The notes under the pieces are model-generated. The model was not told where the DNA came from. It worked only from the letters and a program-made list of their open reading frames with translations, and did not search any database. From assembly GCA_963664405.1 (NCBI GenBank), contig OY761158.1:2784001-2848000 (forward strand): a stretch of 64,000 nt of DNA. Reading direction: 5' to 3'. This document shows, one piece after another, positions 61,918 through 64,000 of this stretch. Source of the stretch: Thermoanaerobaculia bacterium. Lineage in GTDB: Bacteria > Acidobacteriota > Thermoanaerobaculia > Multivoradales > Multivoraceae. The translations under genes and the position numbers were made by a program. Within the stretch, counting starts at the first letter, position 1; each line of letters opens with the position of its first letter.

Positions 61918-62634
61918 GTGACGAGCCGATCGCCCGATTTGGTGCTTTGCGAGGGTTCGCCGTCCTTCGTCTTGCGTCAGTACCGGGTCGGTTCGGCAAA
62001 GAACTTCGCCTACCTCCTCGTTGACTCGGCGTCCAAGCAGGCTTTCTTGGTCGATCCAGCCTGGCAGCCACTCGAGCTCTTAGACGAAAGTGCGGCCCAA
62101 GGCGTCCGGCTCTCCGGCGTTCTGCTGACTCACACTCACGCGGATCATATGGGGGGAGTGCTTCGCAGGCGATCGCTGCCAGGGGTCGGCGAGCTTTTCG
62201 AAAAAATGCGCCTGCCGATATACGTTCACCACCGCGAAGCGGACCGAGTGGTGCGCTTTTGTGGGGTGAATCCCGAGTCGGTTCGCCCGCTGTCCGACTC
62301 CGATACGGTCCCGCTCGGTTCTTCGGAGCTTGTCTGCCTGCACACACCGGGGCACAGCCCCGGCAGCGCCTGCTACCTCGCCGACGGGCGACTCATCTCC
62401 GGCGACACACTGTTCGTGCGCAACATCGGTAACGTCGAGCATACGCAGGGTGACATCGATGCGATGTATCACTCCCTCTGTCGATTGGCGGCGCTCCCCA
62501 CCGAAACCAAGATCTACCCCGGTCACGACTATGGCGACGCACCCAGCTCGACGATCGGGCTCGAGCTGAGGCAGAACGCGTATATGCGCCCGATGCAGCT
62601 CGAACAGTTCCGAATCTTGATGGGCCGCTTGTAA
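61918..62634 (+). CDS. MBL-fold metallo-hydrolase (glyoxalase II-like; start uncertain)
   Basis: NFAYL, VDPAW, THTHADH, HTPGHSPG, SGDTLF, YPGHDY. Confidence 0.9.
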   Translation: MTSRSPDLVLCEGSPSFVLRQYRVGSAKNFAYLLVDSASKQAFLVDPAWQPLELLDESAAQGVRLSGVLLTHTHADHMGGVLRRRSLPGVGELFEKMRLPIYVHHREADRVVRFCGVNPESVRPLSDSDTVPLGSSELVCLHTPGHSPGSACYLADGRLISGDTLFVRNIGNVEHTQGDIDAMYHSLCRLAALPTETKIYPGHDYGDAPSSTIGLELRQNAYMRPMQLEQFRILMGRL

Positions 62635-62658
62635 CAAGTGAGATATAGTTGCTTGTTG

Positions 62659-63042
62659 ATGAGACGCTCCCGCCTTTTCGCCAGCACTCTTACGCTGGTC
62701 TTTGCGATGCTGGCTTCGCTTGCACCGCCGGATCTGGCGTGCTGCAGCGGACTGGCGGAGATGCATGAGGTTCAGGTCTCTGCGATGGACTGCGCCGAGA
62801 GCATGGACTGTTGCCAGCCGGGCAACGTCAGCCCTGCGGCTCAGCGCTGTTGTAGTGGAGACGAGAGTCGCACCAACACTCCCAGCCGCGTCGCGACCCT
62901 ACGAGGGTTGCCGAGTGATGTCAGCGCTGAGCTGGCGATATACGGACAAGGGGGGGCCGACTCGGCCTTCAGACGGCCGCTGTCTGATCCTCCATTCCCA
63001 CTCGAGCCTCTCTTCCGTCTGCACTCGGCACTCTTGATCTAG
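62659..63042 (+). CDS. Cys-rich small exported protein preceding metal efflux genes (DUF2946-like)
   Basis: Signal-like N terminus, CC/C..CC/CC clusters, Pro-rich tail ending PLFRLHSALLI. Confidence 0.65.
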   Translation: MRRSRLFASTLTLVFAMLASLAPPDLACCSGLAEMHEVQVSAMDCAESMDCCQPGNVSPAAQRCCSGDESRTNTPSRVATLRGLPSDVSAELAIYGQGGADSAFRRPLSDPPFPLEPLFRLHSALLI

Positions 63043-63122
63043 CGCTCTCCTGAGACGAAACGCCTCTGCGGAGCCGGCGTTCGGTTCCGCGGGAACGAAT
63101 CTCTGTCTTGTGGAGGAGTGCA

Positions 63123-64000
63123 ATGCCGAAAGTGACGGCCGTTGTCGGTTCTTATCTATGCGTTTGCGTGACAGCCCTGTGGCCGGCGGCGGCTCGTGAG
63201 CTGGATGCGAGTGAGACTTCGCTCAACGAGCCCGATCTCGAAGCGGAGATCCTCGAGCTCGCTGCTCCCCTCGATCGAGAAGCTCTTGTCGCTGCGGTTC
63301 TGAACAGGAACAAGGCGATCGAGGCGGCGCGGAGAGCGTGGCTGGCCAGCGCGGAGGTCCCCAGCCAAGCTCGCGGCCTTCAAAACCCGAGGCTCTCGTA
63401 TTCCTTCGCTCCGCAGAGTGTCGGCTCGGACAGCGTCCGCTATGGGCAGCGTATCGATTTCTCGCAGCGCCTTCCCTATCCCGGCAAGAGGCGGTTGCAG
63501 CGAGAGATTGCTGAGGCGGTAGCTGCGACTGCCGGTCACGATCTCGAGGCGATTCGTCTGAGCCTCGCCACGGTTAGCTCCCTTCTCTACGACGACTACT
63601 ACGTCGTCGAGCGCGCGATCGAGATCAATGAGGAGTACATTGAGCTACTGGCCTCGTTTCAGCGTATCGCGACCGCTCGCTATGCCGCCGGTGAGGAGTC
63701 GCAACAGGCGCCACTACAAGCCGAGGTAGAAGCCGCGCACCTGCTCCACGAAGGCGTACTGCTAGAGACCGAGCGGGCGATTCTGGTGGCAAGGATCAAT
63801 ACTCTTCTGCATCGCAGGCCGAGTGAATCGCTTCCTCCACCACCCAGGGAGTTGGCGCCCCCGGCGGCGCGAGCGGCTGAAGAGCGGAGCCTCGAGGAGG
63901 AGGCCATCGCGACGAGACCCGAGATACAGAGCGTCACCTCTACGCTGGAAGCTCGTCGGCTCGAGATCGAGCTCACCGAGCGTGCCTTTCGCCCCGACTT
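63123..64000 (+). CDS. TolC-family outer membrane protein (CusC/CzcC-like), 3' end runs off the window
   Basis: Not in the ORF track. GGAGGAG RBS then ATG 63123; RN..IEAAR..W, NP.LSY, SQRLPYPGKR, ARYAAG..SQQ..LQAEVE. Confidence 0.88.
   Translation, partial: MPKVTAVVGSYLCVCVTALWPAAARELDASETSLNEPDLEAEILELAAPLDREALVAAVLNRNKAIEAARRAWLASAEVPSQARGLQNPRLSYSFAPQSVGSDSVRYGQRIDFSQRLPYPGKRRLQREIAEAVAATAGHDLEAIRLSLATVSSLLYDDYYVVERAIEINEEYIELLASFQRIATARYAAGEESQQAPLQAEVEAAHLLHEGVLLETERAILVARINTLLHRRPSESLPPPPRELAPPAARAAEERSLEEEAIATRPEIQSVTSTLEARRLEIELTERAFRPD

Overview
GC-rich bacterial chromosome segment. It is probably Acidobacteriota (Thermoanaerobaculia-like), inferred from the AtpD GQMTEPPG motif, the F1+b/b'-only atp cluster and gene content. 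In order: a secreted HExxH peptidase with its small partner; an ECF sigma/FecR/TonB-receptor signalling set; an FHA-SpoIIE/RsbW/STAS partner-switching operon broken by a nested IS30/IS3 insertion (3-bp CAT target duplication); a decayed Ser/Thr kinase-TPR gene; a LysM lytic transglycosylase; several GT-C membrane glycosyltransferases; housekeeping genes (pyrF, atpF'FHAGDC, ftcD, mpl, rph, amidase, mqnB, rhlE); a surface-polysaccharide cluster with three methyltransferases and a duplicated GT4; and the start of a TolC metal-efflux operon. The most notable signal is five 166-168 bp rod-like palindromic elements bounded by CTAG. They fall in three subfamilies with unrelated outer arms but a shared core (TCGACATA-N-TATGCCTGC). 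One has inserted in frame (+54 aa) into a glycosyltransferase, and one sits on the shared stop codon of two convergent genes. Several 1-nt frameshifts in short runs may be assembly errors. No rRNA, tRNA or CRISPR array was seen. All family calls are from motif recognition, not database searches.
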